This document shows positions 38,176 through 47,287 of a stretch of 64,000 bases of DNA, piece by piece. The stretch's first letter is position 1. Every line of letters begins with the position of its first letter. Position numbers and translations under genes: made by a program. This DNA is from Microthrixaceae bacterium (lineage in GTDB: Bacteria; Actinomycetota; Acidimicrobiia; Acidimicrobiales; VFJN01): positions 6,368 to 70,367 of the forward strand of contig JBQTKH010000105.1 in NCBI GenBank assembly GCA_052386335.1. Direction: 5' to 3'. Below the pieces are notes generated by a model, which ran no database searches, was not told where the DNA came from, and saw only the letters and a program-made list of their open reading frames with translations.

Positions 38176-38954
38176 CGTGCATCACCTCTCTCGACGAGCG
38201 CCTCGACACGCGTGCGGAGCTCGTCGTCGTCGACCCTCGTGTAGCCCTCGGCGGTGATCGTGGCGACGACGGGGAAGATGCCACGGATGAGGTCGGGACC
38301 GCCGGTGGCGGAGTCGGCGTCGGCCGCTTGGTACAGCGCGTTCACGACCAGGTCGATTGCTTCGTTCCGACTGAGGCCATCTCGGAAGCCGAGCTTCACG
38401 ACGGTGCCGGCATGGAGGCTGCCGGAGCCCGATGCGATGTGGTCGAGCTCCTCGTAGCGTCCGCCGGTGACGTCATAGCTGAAGAGCCGTCCGACCTGTC
38501 GCCGGAGGTCGAAGCCGGCGAACAGCGGAACCACGGCCATGCCCTGCATCGCGGCGGGCAGGTGGCCGCGCACCATCGTGCTGAGCTGGTTGGCCTTGCC
38601 CTCCAGGCTCAGGACCTGGCCCTCGACCTTCTCGTAGTGCTCGAGCTGGAGCTGGAAGAGCTTCACCATCTCGACAGCGGGGCCGGCGGCCCCAGCGATC
38701 GCGACGCCACTGAAGCGGTCGGCCGGGAACACCTTCTCCATCGTCTTGTGGGCGATGAGGTTGCCAGCGGTGGCGCGACGATCGCCGGCCATCACCACGC
38801 CATCGGCGTACTTCACACCCAGCACCGTGGTGCCGTGGGTGATCGTCAGCGGCGGCGTTCCCTCCGGGAGTGCCGTCTGTGGGCGCACCCGAGCGAGGAG
38901 CTCTGCGAACGAGGGACCGGGATCGTCGGAGGCCGAGAAGATCGGAAGGGTCAT
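38172..38954 (-). CDS. prcB: 20S proteasome beta subunit (with propeptide)
   Basis: 260-aa ORF. Propeptide followed by the catalytic Thr context ITHG-TTVLGVKYADGVVMAGDRRAT. Confidence 0.95.
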   Translation of the reverse strand: MTLPIFSASDDPGPSFAELLARVRPQTALPEGTPPLTITHGTTVLGVKYADGVVMAGDRRATAGNLIAHKTMEKVFPADRFSGVAIAGAAGPAVEMVKLFQLQLEHYEKVEGQVLSLEGKANQLSTMVRGHLPAAMQGMAVVPLFAGFDLRRQVGRLFSYDVTGGRYEELDHIASGSGSLHAGTVVKLGFRDGLSRNEAIDLVVNALYQAADADSATGGPDLIRGIFPVVATITAEGYTRVDDDELRTRVEALVERGDAR

Positions 38955-39020
38955 ACGGCGCCGAGGCTAGCGACATCCGACGACTAGATGGTTCGTCCCG
39001 GCAGGGGCTAGACCGTCGCC

Positions 39021-39470
39021 ATGATCGAAGGCTCCGCCACCGTCACCATCAGCCGTCCCGCCACGGAGGTGTTCGCTGCCATCTCCGACATCACCCGCAT
39101 GGGTGAGTGGAGCCCCGAGTGCACGGGAGGGCGCTGGGTCGCACCGGCCACCGGTCCCGCGGTCGGCGCGACGTTCGAAGGCGACAACGCCTTCCGGGTT
39201 GGTGGGATCACGCTGAAGCGATGGACCACGACCTCGGAGGTCACCGAGTGCGTGCCCGACAAGGTCTTCGAGTTCGTGGCCGAGGGCTACTCCACCTGGC
39301 GCTACGAGCTGACCGAAGCAGCCGGGGCCACGACGGTCACCGAGTCGTTCAGCCACAAGCCGGCCCAAGGCGCCCAGAAGCTCCTCTACGCGGCAGCTCG
39401 ACGCGACACCGCACTCGTCAAGGGCATGCAGAAGACCCTCGACCGAATCAAGGCCGCCCTCGAGCGCTGA
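39021..39470 (+). CDS. SRPBCC family protein (polyketide cyclase/dehydrase-like)
   Basis: 149-aa ORF. MIEGSATVTISRPATEVFAAISDITRMGEWSPEC is the typical SRPBCC N-terminus. It is on the opposite strand to the surrounding proteasome genes. Confidence 0.8.
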   Translation: MIEGSATVTISRPATEVFAAISDITRMGEWSPECTGGRWVAPATGPAVGATFEGDNAFRVGGITLKRWTTTSEVTECVPDKVFEFVAEGYSTWRYELTEAAGATTVTESFSHKPAQGAQKLLYAAARRDTALVKGMQKTLDRIKAALER

Positions 39471-39527
39471 CCACGCGGGATCGCGCGACGGTTCATCCGC
39501 CGCACGCCCGTCGATGCACCAGTGCGC

Positions 39528-40070
39528 CTACAGCGCTGCCGCGACGACGTGAAGCCGTGCTCCCATCCAGCGGTAGGGGTCGTGCCGGCCGGCAAGGTCC
39601 TCGGCATCGAGCAGCAGCGCGAGCTCCCCGTCGTCAGGGACGACCGTGTCAGCCGGGATCGCATCGTTGAAGATCCGCACGAGGAGCCCGTGGGCGCACA
39701 CCACGTCGAAGCGGCGCTGCGGGAGCAGCTCGTCGAGGTCCTCGATCCGGCCTTCGATGAGCTCGACATCGAGGCCAGCGGTGGACGCGCCCGAGGCGAA
39801 GCAGTCGAGCAGCTCCGGGGACGGGTCGACGCCCGTGACGTGACAGCCGTGGGAGGCCAACCGCAAGGCCTGGGTGCCCTGCCCACAGCCGACGTCGAGC
39901 ACGCTCATGCCAGGACTGACGTGGTCAGCGAGCTGGCGACCGATCACTTCCTGCCGAATCACGTTGCGCAGCTTGTCCAGGCCCTCGATCCAACGTTGCT
40001 CGCCAACACCGAACCCGCTCACCTCGCCATCCTCCTCCACGACCGGGGCAGGTCGTGCCGGCCAGGTCAC
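39528..40070 (-). CDS. class I SAM-dependent methyltransferase (short)
   Basis: 180-aa ORF with motif I VLDVGCGQGTQALRLA and motif-II-like FDVVCAHGLL. GTGA overlap with the upstream endonuclease VII gene. No DPPY/NPPY-type DNA-MTase motif. Confidence 0.75.
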   Translation of the reverse strand: MTWPARPAPVVEEDGEVSGFGVGEQRWIEGLDKLRNVIRQEVIGRQLADHVSPGMSVLDVGCGQGTQALRLASHGCHVTGVDPSPELLDCFASGASTAGLDVELIEGRIEDLDELLPQRRFDVVCAHGLLVRIFNDAIPADTVVPDDGELALLLDAEDLAGRHDPYRWMGARLHVVAAAL

Positions 40071-40570
40071 GCAGCGCTGCGTTGGCGGAGGTACACGATC
40101 GCACGCAGCAACATCGCGGGGTCGTCGCGGAACTGGCCGAGGCCCCTGTTGCAGCTCAGGCAGAGCAGGCCCCGCAGGTGGCCGTGCTCGTGGTCGTGGT
40201 CGACGTGCATCGACGCGAGCCGCTCGGGCTTCTCACCACAGATCGCGCACCCACCGTTCTGCGCCTCGAGCATCTCATCGACCTCGTCAGCAGAGATCCC
40301 GTACGTCCGTCGGTAGTACATGTCGCGCTGCTTGCGCTTGATCTCCGGTCGCGCGTTGCCATCGCGTCGGTAGTCCCTCATGCGGTCCGGATTCTCACCC
40401 TGCCAGCGCCGAACCATGCCGATGTACTTGCCGGGGTCAGCGGCGTAGCGCTCGCGCTTGGCGGCCTGGTTGCAGGCCTTGCACTCGCTGCGATATCCGT
40501 CTCGCATGCCCTTGGCCCGATAGAACTCGTCGAGTGACTTCGTCTGCTGGCAGCTTGAGCACACCTTCAT
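40067..40570 (-). CDS. endonuclease VII (recombination endonuclease, HNH-like) domain protein
   Basis: 167-aa ORF. N-terminal Cys-rich CSSCQQTKSLDEF...ECKACN. C-terminal CAICG...HVDHDHEHGHLRGLLCLSCNRGLGQFRDD, the phage T4 endo VII-type signature. Lower GC than the flanks. Confidence 0.85.
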   Translation of the reverse strand: MKVCSSCQQTKSLDEFYRAKGMRDGYRSECKACNQAAKRERYAADPGKYIGMVRRWQGENPDRMRDYRRDGNARPEIKRKQRDMYYRRTYGISADEVDEMLEAQNGGCAICGEKPERLASMHVDHDHEHGHLRGLLCLSCNRGLGQFRDDPAMLLRAIVYLRQRSAA

Positions 40571-40615
40571 GTCTTCAGGATAGAAACGCCCTCTGACGGT
40601 AGGTATCCCTAACGC

Positions 40616-40810
40616 CTACTGTCCACCCTTCTGAACATAGGATTTAACAAAATCCTCTGCGTTCGACTCGAGGACCTCGTCGATGTCGTCGAGGATGTCG
40701 TCGAGCTCGGCCTTGATCTTCTCGCCTTGCTCGGACTTCGCGGGGACGTCCTCGACGACCTCGTCGGTCTTGGCGGGGGCTTGCTTCTTCTTCTGCTCAC
40801 GTTCGGCCAT
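40616..40810 (-). CDS. pup: prokaryotic ubiquitin-like protein Pup (C-terminal GGQ)
   Basis: 64-aa ORF: [23 protein letters not shown]...[29 protein letters not shown]. Lies 15 nt downstream of dop. Confidence 0.95.
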   Translation of the reverse strand: MAEREQKKKQAPAKTDEVVEDVPAKSEQGEKIKAELDDILDDIDEVLESNAEDFVKSYVQKGGQ

Positions 40811-40825
40811 CAGTGGTTCCTCGGT

Positions 40826-42337
40826 CTATTGCCCCAGCTTCTGGAGCAGATCGGCGGCGCTCTCGCACTCGTCGATGAGGCTACCCACATGGGCCTTGGT
40901 TCCACGCAAGGGCTCCATCATCGGCACCCGGCGCAACGGGTCGCCGCCCACGTCGAACACGAGGGAGTCCCAGTTGGCGGCGACGATGCTCTCGGGCCAT
41001 CGCTGCAGGCAACGACCCCGGAAGAAGGCCCGCGTGTCGGGCGGGGGCTCGGTGACCGCGAGCGCGATCTCCTCGTCGGTGCAGATGCGCTCGAGCCCCA
41101 CGCGCGCGGCGAGCGACTTCGACGGACGCAGGTCGTGGTACTGGATGCACATCGCGGCAAGACGCGCGTCGTCCCAGCGCAGGTCGTGGCGGGCGCGGTA
41201 GCCGTCGATGACGCGGTGCTTGGCCACCCAGTCGACCTGGTCGGCGACCCGGCCCGGATCGGTCTCGAGGGCGGTGAGGACCTCCTCCCAGCGCCGCAGC
41301 ACCTCCTCCCCCACGTCCGCCCCGCCGACGCACTCGAGGCCTCGCTCGTCCGCGAACTTCCGAGCCCGGCCGTGCAGCTCCCACTGGGCGTCGAGCGCCG
41401 TGATCGACGAGCCGTCGGCGAGCTCGATCGGACGGGCGAGGGTGAGGTCGTAGGAGACCTGACGCAGCGCCTGGACCGGCCGCGCCGGGAGCAGGTCGCG
41501 GGTGAGCCAGTCGTCCTCGATCATCGACAGGACGAGGGCAGTGGTGCCCACCTTCAAGAACGTGGCCACCTCGGACAGGTTCGCGTCGCCGACGATGACG
41601 TGGAGGCGTCGGTACTTCTGCGGGTCGGCGTGCGGCTCGTCGCGCGTGTTGACGATCGGGCGCTTGAGCGTGGTCTCGAGGCCGACCTCCTCCTCGAAGA
41701 AGTCAGCCCGCTGCGTGAGCTGGAACGGCACATCGGCGCTCGTGAGACCGGCCGCCTCGGTGCCCACCTTGCCCGCGCCGGTGTAGATCTGCCGCGTGAT
41801 GAAGTGCGGCATCACGTGGGACACGATCGTCGAGAACGGCACCTGGCGGTCCATCAGGTAGTTCTCGTGGCACCCGTAGCTGTTGCCCTTGCGATCCGAG
41901 TTGTTCTTGTAGACCACGATCTCCTGACCCGCAGGCAGGAGCGCGGTGGCCGCGTCCATCGAACGCTGCAGGATCACCTCGGCGGCCCGGTCGTAGACGA
42001 CGATCGATCGCGGATCGGCGCACTCGGGCGTGGACAGCTCGGGATGCGCGTGGTCGACGTAGTACCGAGCGCCGTTGGTGAGGACCGCGTTGACGAGGTG
42101 CGTCTCGACCTCGGGCGGCATCGCGCCCGCAGCGCTGAAGCCGCGGGCGTCGTTGCCCGGCTGCTCGTCCTCGAAGTCCCAGCCGATGCGCGACGACCCC
42201 GTGGCCGAGCCCGCGCGGGCCAGCTCCTGGACGTAGGCGTTGATCAAGACGGACGAGGCCGCGATCGGGTTCGAGTCGCCGCCACGGATGACGATGCCGT
42301 ACTCCGTCTCGATGCCGAGCACCTTGGGGATCGCCAT
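40826..42337 (-). CDS. dop: Pup deamidase/depupylase Dop
   Basis: Start at ATG 42337 (MAIPKVLGIETEYGIVIRG...), 503 aa. Intact GNSYGCHENYLM motif and a Dop-type loop insertion. The 822-aa ORF extension is a shadow over arc. Confidence 0.93.
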   Translation of the reverse strand: MAIPKVLGIETEYGIVIRGGDSNPIAASSVLINAYVQELARAGSATGSSRIGWDFEDEQPGNDARGFSAAGAMPPEVETHLVNAVLTNGARYYVDHAHPELSTPECADPRSIVVYDRAAEVILQRSMDAATALLPAGQEIVVYKNNSDRKGNSYGCHENYLMDRQVPFSTIVSHVMPHFITRQIYTGAGKVGTEAAGLTSADVPFQLTQRADFFEEEVGLETTLKRPIVNTRDEPHADPQKYRRLHVIVGDANLSEVATFLKVGTTALVLSMIEDDWLTRDLLPARPVQALRQVSYDLTLARPIELADGSSITALDAQWELHGRARKFADERGLECVGGADVGEEVLRRWEEVLTALETDPGRVADQVDWVAKHRVIDGYRARHDLRWDDARLAAMCIQYHDLRPSKSLAARVGLERICTDEEIALAVTEPPPDTRAFFRGRCLQRWPESIVAANWDSLVFDVGGDPLRRVPMMEPLRGTKAHVGSLIDECESAADLLQKLGQ

Positions 42338-42351
42338 CTCGCGTGCCGGCC

Positions 42352-44121
42352 TCAGAGGTACTGGCCGGTGGCGACCCGCTCGATGGAGCGACCACCGCGG
42401 GGCTCGGCATCGCTGGTGTGCTGGACGATCGTGCGCACGTAGACGATCCGCTCGCCCTTCTTGCCGGAGATCTTGGCCCAGTCGTCGGGGTTGGTGGTGT
42501 TGGGGAGGTCTTCGTGCTCCTTGTACTCCTGGTGGATCGACTCGATGAGGTCGTCCACCTGGATCCCCTTGGTGCCACCGTCGAGCAGGCGCTTGATGGC
42601 CAGCTTCTTCGCCCGCCGCACGATGTTCTCGATCATGGCCCCGGACGAGAAGTCCTTGAAGTACATGATCTCCTTGTCGCCGTTCTGGTAGGTGACCTCG
42701 AGGAACTGGTTCGCCTCGTCGGTGCGGTACATCTCCGCGGCGGTGGTCTCGATCATCGCCTGGACGGCCTTCTCGCGGTCGCCTCCGCCGAGGCTGGTCA
42801 CCTCGGCCTCGTCGAGGGGGAGGTCGGCGGTGAGGTAGCGGGCGAAGATCTGCGCGGCAGCCTGCTCGGTGGGGCGCTCGATCTTGATCTTCACGTCGAG
42901 GCGACCAGGCCGCAGGATGGCGGGATCGATGAGGTCTTCGCGGTTGGACGCGCCGATCACGATGACGTTCTTGAGCGACTCGACGCCGACGATCTCGACG
43001 AGGAGCTGCGGCACGATCGTGCTCTCCATGTCGGAGCTGATGCCCGTGCCGCGGGTGCGGAACATGGAGTCCATCTCGTCGAAGAAGATGATGACCGGCC
43101 AGCCCTCTTCGGACTTCTCCCGGGCCCGCTGGAACACCAGACGGATCTGGCGCTCGGTCTCGCCGACGTACTTGTTGAGCAGCTCGGGGCCCTTGATGTT
43201 GAAGAAGTACGACCGAGCGGTGTCGCCGGTAACCGCCGCGACCTTCTTGGCCAGGCTGTTGGCGACGGCCTTCGCGATGAGCGTCTTCCCACAACCCGGG
43301 GGGCCGTAGAGGAGGATGCCCTTGGGTGCCGGCAGCTTGTGCTCCAGGAACAGCTCCTGGTGCAGGAACGGCAGCTCGACCGCGTCGGCGATCTGCTCGA
43401 TCTGCTCGTCGAGGCCGCCGATGTCCTCGTAGTCGATGTCGGGCACCTCCTCGAGAGCGAGGTCCTCGACCTCGGGCCGAGGCAGCTTCTCGAGCACGAG
43501 ACCCGAGCGCGGGTCGAGCAGAAGGGTGTCGCCGTTGCGGAGCTTCGTGTCATGGAGCTCGTCGATCAGCTCCACCACGCGCTCCTCGTCGGCACGCCCG
43601 ACGATGAGCACGCGGTTGCCGTCGAGGCGCTCCTTCATCGAGACGACCTCACCCGTGAGGTCGGCCCCCCGCGACAGGACGACGTTCAGCGACTCGTTGA
43701 GCACCACCTCGTCGCCGCGGCGCAGCGGGTCGTCACCCAGCTCGGGGTGCACCGCCACCCGCACCTTGCGACCGCCGGTGAACACGTCGACGGTGCCGTC
43801 GTCGTTGCTCCCGAGCAGCGTGCCGTAGGCCGACGGCGGCTGCGTGAGCTTGTCGACCTCCTCGCGGAGCGCGGCGATGTGGTCACGCGCTTCCCGGAGG
43901 GTGTAGGTGAGCTTCTCGTTCTGGGACACGGCCTGCGAGAGCTGGCCCTTGGTCTCGAGGAGGCGCTCCTCGAGGGTGCGGACGCGCTTGGGCGCGTCCT
44001 GCAAGCGCCGACGAAGGGAGATGACCTCTTCCTCGAGCTCGAGGGTGCGCGCCGCGTCGGTCGCGTCCGCCTCGCTCGCCGGCGCTGACGCCTGATCGTC
44101 CGACTCCGTGACGGGGACCAC
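42352..44121 (-). CDS. arc: proteasome-associated AAA+ ATPase ARC/Mpa
   Basis: N-terminal coiled coil, OB domains, Walker A GPPGCGKT, Walker B IIFFDEMD, and the C-terminal docking motif ...ATGQYL. GTG 44121 is proposed as the start. The ORF is open to ATG 44175, so the start is uncertain. Confidence 0.93.
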   Translation of the reverse strand: MVPVTESDDQASAPASEADATDAARTLELEEEVISLRRRLQDAPKRVRTLEERLLETKGQLSQAVSQNEKLTYTLREARDHIAALREEVDKLTQPPSAYGTLLGSNDDGTVDVFTGGRKVRVAVHPELGDDPLRRGDEVVLNESLNVVLSRGADLTGEVVSMKERLDGNRVLIVGRADEERVVELIDELHDTKLRNGDTLLLDPRSGLVLEKLPRPEVEDLALEEVPDIDYEDIGGLDEQIEQIADAVELPFLHQELFLEHKLPAPKGILLYGPPGCGKTLIAKAVANSLAKKVAAVTGDTARSYFFNIKGPELLNKYVGETERQIRLVFQRAREKSEEGWPVIIFFDEMDSMFRTRGTGISSDMESTIVPQLLVEIVGVESLKNVIVIGASNREDLIDPAILRPGRLDVKIKIERPTEQAAAQIFARYLTADLPLDEAEVTSLGGGDREKAVQAMIETTAAEMYRTDEANQFLEVTYQNGDKEIMYFKDFSSGAMIENIVRRAKKLAIKRLLDGGTKGIQVDDLIESIHQEYKEHEDLPNTTNPDDWAKISGKKGERIVYVRTIVQHTSDAEPRGGRSIERVATGQYL

Positions 44122-44261
44122 CTCCTGTGCATCGTGCCTGCGCGGGACCCTACACCTGTGCTCCCCCACCGCCACGCAGGGTTTCCCCCGTAGTTGCCGC
44201 GTTAATTCGTCGGCGCGCTAGGGTGGAGGACACCCCGATTCCTACACGAGGTAGCCCCACC

Positions 44262-44501
44262 ATGAAGGTCTGGATCGACCAGGATCTCTGCACCGGCGAC
44301 GGACTCTGCGAGGAGATCGCCCCGATCGTGTTCACCCTCCTCGACGACGGCCTCGCCTACGTCAAGGACGGTGCCAAGGTGCTCTCCGATCCGGGTGGGG
44401 CCGAGGCGATCGCGCCCGTGCCCGCCGGGCAGGAAGAGGCCACCATCGAGTCCGCTGAAGAGTGCCCGGGCGAGTGCATCTTCATCGAGGTCGACGGCTG
44501 A
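44262..44501 (+). CDS. small ferredoxin (single [3Fe-4S]/[4Fe-4S] cluster type)
   Basis: 79 aa from ATG 44262: MKVWIDQDLCTGDGLCEEIAP...ESAEECPGECIFIE (CxxxxxC...CP pattern). Divergent from arc. Confidence 0.8.
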   Translation: MKVWIDQDLCTGDGLCEEIAPIVFTLLDDGLAYVKDGAKVLSDPGGAEAIAPVPAGQEEATIESAEECPGECIFIEVDG

Positions 44502-44508
44502 AGTAGCC

Positions 44509-44631
44509 CGTGCTGCGGGCGTCGCTGGGCGTCGTGCGTCTTCGGGCGTCGCTGCGCTCCTGCCTACGACTGCGCTGCTCCTGCCTCCGCACGTGCCTCC
44601 CGGCGACCGGCGAAGCCGGATCGCCTCCGGC
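44509..44631 (+). repeat. 123-bp intergenic repeat element, copy A
   Basis: 116/123 identical to 45971-46093. Begins 7 nt after the ferredoxin TGA. Ends in the hairpin GGCGACCGGC-GAA-GCCGG(A)TCGCC. Contains internal short direct repeats (GGGCGTCGCTG x2; CTGCGCT(GC)CCTGCCT x2). Confidence 0.85.
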
Positions 44632-44660
44632 CAGCGGCTGAGGCGCCCTTACGCAGGAAC

Positions 44661-44684
44661 GATGGGGCCCCGATGGGCCCCATC
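44661..44684 (+). terminator. GC-rich hairpin, candidate intrinsic terminator (no U-tract)
   Basis: GATGGGGCCC-cgat-GGGCCCCATC is a perfect 10-bp stem with a 4-nt loop, followed by TTCGCGTTC. Lies between the ferredoxin gene and the MgtE-like gene. Confidence 0.4.
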
Positions 44685-44760
44685 TTCGCGTTCGGGGCCG
44701 TGTCGGCGGTAACGTGCTCGCCGTGCCGCGCCAGCCAACCACCTCCTCGGGACGGCCCCC

Positions 44761-45963
44761 ATGGCCTCCCACCGCCTGCTGCCTGGTGCTGATGCCCGGC
44801 AGGGGCTCGTCGCGCTCGCACTGAACTCCTCCACGAGCCTGGTGGCGGGCGCCATCTTGGGCTCGCTCACCGAGACCTTCGAGCGCCGACCGGGCCTGCT
44901 CCTCCTCGTGCCTGCCGCCATCGGTCTGCGCGGCAACGTGTTCGGCTCGCTCGGCAACCGGGTGTCCACGTCGATCCACGCAGGTGAGCTCCACCTCCGG
45001 TTGCGCCGCTCGACGATGCTCGGCCAGAACGTGCTGGCAGCCGGCGCGCTCACGCTCGGGATGTCGGTCGTGCTCGTGGCGCTCGCGGCCCTCATCTCGG
45101 TCGGGCTCGGCCTCGGATCGACGATCGGCCTCGCCGACCTCGCCCTCGTGTCGGTCGGGGGCGGTGCCCTGGCCTCGCTCCCCGTGCTGGCGGCCACGCT
45201 CGGGCTCGCGGCGGGCGCCGTGCGCTTCGGGTGGGACCTCGACAACGTGACCGCGCCCCTGGTGTCCACCCTGGGCGATGTGCTCACGCTGCCGGCGCTC
45301 TGGCTCGCCACCGGTCTGCTCGGCTTCGGGATCGTCACCTCGGGCGCTGGATGGGTGCTGGCCCTGCTCGCCCTGGGAGCCCTCGTCGCCGGCATCGCCA
45401 CGTCGTGGCCTCAGGTGCGCCGGATCGTCCGGACCTCGATCCCGGTGCTCGTGCTCGCGGGCGTCGTGAGCAGCCTCGCCGGCGTCGCCCTCGAGCACCG
45501 CCTCGTGACCTTCACGGCCCTCCCGGCGTTGCTGATCCTCGTGCCGGCGCACCTCTCGAGCGCGGGTGCGCTCGGGGGGATCCTCTCGGGCCGGCTCTCG
45601 AGCACGCTGCTCCTCGGCCTCGCCCCGCCGACCGCGCTCCCGGCTCACGCGGCCCGCGCCGACCTCAGCTTCGTGGCCGCGCTGAGCGTCCCGGTGTTCG
45701 CTGCCAACGGCCTGGGGGCCCACCTTGTGGCGCGAGCACTCGGCCAGGAGTCGCCGGGTCTGGCCCAGCTGGTGGCCGCCTCGATGCTCGGCGGCGCCGC
45801 GGCGATGGTGGTGGTGCTCGCCATCGCGTACTACGGCACGATCGTCGCGGTCCGCTCCCACATCGATCCGGACACCTACGGCATCCCGATCGTGAGCTCG
45901 ACGGTCGACCTGGTGGGAGCGCTCACCCTGATCGTGGCGATCACCACGCTCGGACTGACCTGA
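44761..45963 (+). CDS. divalent cation (Mg2+) transporter, tandem MgtE-type membrane domains
   Basis: 400-aa polytopic ORF with an internally duplicated pattern (LVPAAIGLRGNVFGSLGNRVST... and LVPAHLSSAGALGGILSGRLSS...). Lacks the cytosolic MgtE N/CBS domains. Confidence 0.8.
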   Translation: MASHRLLPGADARQGLVALALNSSTSLVAGAILGSLTETFERRPGLLLLVPAAIGLRGNVFGSLGNRVSTSIHAGELHLRLRRSTMLGQNVLAAGALTLGMSVVLVALAALISVGLGLGSTIGLADLALVSVGGGALASLPVLAATLGLAAGAVRFGWDLDNVTAPLVSTLGDVLTLPALWLATGLLGFGIVTSGAGWVLALLALGALVAGIATSWPQVRRIVRTSIPVLVLAGVVSSLAGVALEHRLVTFTALPALLILVPAHLSSAGALGGILSGRLSSTLLLGLAPPTALPAHAARADLSFVAALSVPVFAANGLGAHLVARALGQESPGLAQLVAASMLGGAAAMVVVLAIAYYGTIVAVRSHIDPDTYGIPIVSSTVDLVGALTLIVAITTLGLT

Positions 45964-45970
45964 ACACATG

Positions 45971-46093
45971 CGTGCTGCGGGCGTCGCTGCGCCTCGTGCG
46001 TCTTCGGGCGTCGCTGCGCTCCTGCCTACGACTGCGCTGCTCCTGCCTTCGCACGTGCCTCCCGGCGACCGGCAATGCCGGCTCGCCTTCGGC
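45971..46093 (+). repeat. 123-bp intergenic repeat element, copy B
   Basis: 116/123 identical to 44509-44631. Begins 7 nt after the MgtE-like TGA. Terminal hairpin GGCGACCGGC-AAT-GCCGG(C)TCGCC: the stem is conserved while the loop and bulge differ. Confidence 0.85.
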
Positions 46094-46111
46094 TGACGCG
46101 GTGCCGGCCGG

Positions 46112-47275
46112 TCAGCTCAGGCAAGGACCGGTGTCGACCTCGCGACTGAGATCGCCCGCCAGCATCGGCAGCAGCTCTTCCACGTCGAGGGCGTACGCCA
46201 CTCCCGGCTGGTCGGGTGCGATCGCGAAGGCGACGCCCACGATCCGACCCTGCGCGTCGATCAGACCTCCGCCGGAGTCGCCCGGCGCCAGGCTCGACGC
46301 CAGGATCAGGATCTTGCGCTCGGTTCGCTCGCGGTCGTAGATGTCGCGCCCGGTGGCGGTGGTGGTGCGGCCCACCTCGAAGGGTGCGGCCCGCAGCGCG
46401 CCACCGCCGGGGTGGCCGAACACGGCGCCCGTCCCGCCCTGCTCGACGTCGACGATGGGTAGCGGCTGGCGGTTCAGGCCGGGCGCGTGGAGGATCGCGA
46501 GATCACGACGCGGGTCGAAGGCCACCACGGTGGCGCGCACGTCGGTGCCGTCGCTTCGCTGGACCACCGTCTCAGTCTCGCCGGACACGACGTGCGCGTT
46601 CGTCACGACGAGGTCGGTGCCGGCCACGAAGCCGCTCCCCTCCTGGATGCGCCGGCAGGCCACGCCCTCCACCTTGACGGTGGACGGCACGACGGCGTCC
46701 ACGACCGACTGAGGGATGCCGGTGACCGACGGTGGTGGCCCGAGGTCGGGCGCGGCGTGCAGGCCGTCGAACACGCTCGGGAACTGGTCGCCCCCCACCA
46801 GGCGGCTGAGCGTTGCCATCGTGTCGGGTGCGGGCGGAAAGGTCTGGTCGACCCACCTGGCCACCGCTGAGGTTCGGGCCTGCACCGCGAACCATCCAGG
46901 GACATCGGCCATGAGTGGCAGGAGCAGCCAGAGGCCCACGAGCACCCCTGCCGCGCCGGCGACAGCGCCCGCCCCGCGATCAGCGGAGCGCACGGTCGCC
47001 CCGGGGAGGGCCACGTGGGCACGCGCGCCGATGAAGAGCCCGAGGGCCTGCCCGATGAACGCCATGCCGAGCAGGACCCCCATCGTGATGAAGAGGAGCT
47101 GTGCGTCCGAGGCGTCCTCGACGGTGCGGAGCACCGGAGGGAGGATGAGCGCACCGACGACGGTCCCCGCGGCCATGCCGATCCACGAGGTGACCCGGGC
47201 GAGCAAGCCGAGCCGGTACCCACCGAAGGCGGCACCTACCCCAGCCGCGAGGACGAGGAAGTCGAGCGAGTTCAC
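46112..47275 (-). CDS. marP: MarP-type membrane-anchored serine protease (CvpA-like TM domain plus trypsin-like domain)
   Basis: 387-aa ORF. Four N-terminal TM helices, then an S1 protease with TNAHVV (His), RDLAIL (Asp) and GDSGGG (Ser). Confidence 0.88.
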   Translation of the reverse strand: MNSLDFLVLAAGVGAAFGGYRLGLLARVTSWIGMAAGTVVGALILPPVLRTVEDASDAQLLFITMGVLLGMAFIGQALGLFIGARAHVALPGATVRSADRGAGAVAGAAGVLVGLWLLLPLMADVPGWFAVQARTSAVARWVDQTFPPAPDTMATLSRLVGGDQFPSVFDGLHAAPDLGPPPSVTGIPQSVVDAVVPSTVKVEGVACRRIQEGSGFVAGTDLVVTNAHVVSGETETVVQRSDGTDVRATVVAFDPRRDLAILHAPGLNRQPLPIVDVEQGGTGAVFGHPGGGALRAAPFEVGRTTTATGRDIYDRERTERKILILASSLAPGDSGGGLIDAQGRIVGVAFAIAPDQPGVAYALDVEELLPMLAGDLSREVDTGPCLS

Positions 47276-47287
47276 GATCGGGGGCGC

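Noticed and set aside
39528-40570. Endonuclease VII plus methyltransferase as a restriction-modification system
   Set aside because: The methyltransferase has only generic class I SAM motifs. It lacks DPPY/NPPY or a C5-MTase PC/ENV motif. Endo VII domains are structure-specific or homing-type nucleases rather than R-M endonucleases. The pair is retained only as a mobile-islet observation.
44194-44224. Possible promoter for the ferredoxin gene (TTGCCG, 19 nt, TAGGGT)
   Set aside because: The hexamers are plausible, but the 19-nt spacing is long and I have no supporting evidence. It is too weak to list as a feature.
44510-44640. 43-aa Cys/Arg/Leu-rich peptide (VLRASLGVVRLRASLRSCLRLRCSCLRTCLPATGEAGSPPASG) encoded within repeat copy A
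   Set aside because: In copy B the frame has no equivalent stop. The 7 differences between the copies are mostly non-synonymous. Rare codons (CTA, CGA) are present. The pattern fits a structured non-coding element better.
44502-44760. M-box (Mg2+) riboswitch upstream of the MgtE-like gene
   Set aside because: I could not recognise M-box conserved segments. About half of this leader is the 123-bp repeat, which also occurs downstream of the same gene, so it is not a gene-specific 5' sensor.
44509-46093. Integron-like gene cassette with attC sites
   Set aside because: The repeats directly follow ORF stops as attC sites do. However, they are direct copies without the R''-L''/L'-R' inverted core (no GTTRRRY/RYYYAAC), and there is no integrase nearby.
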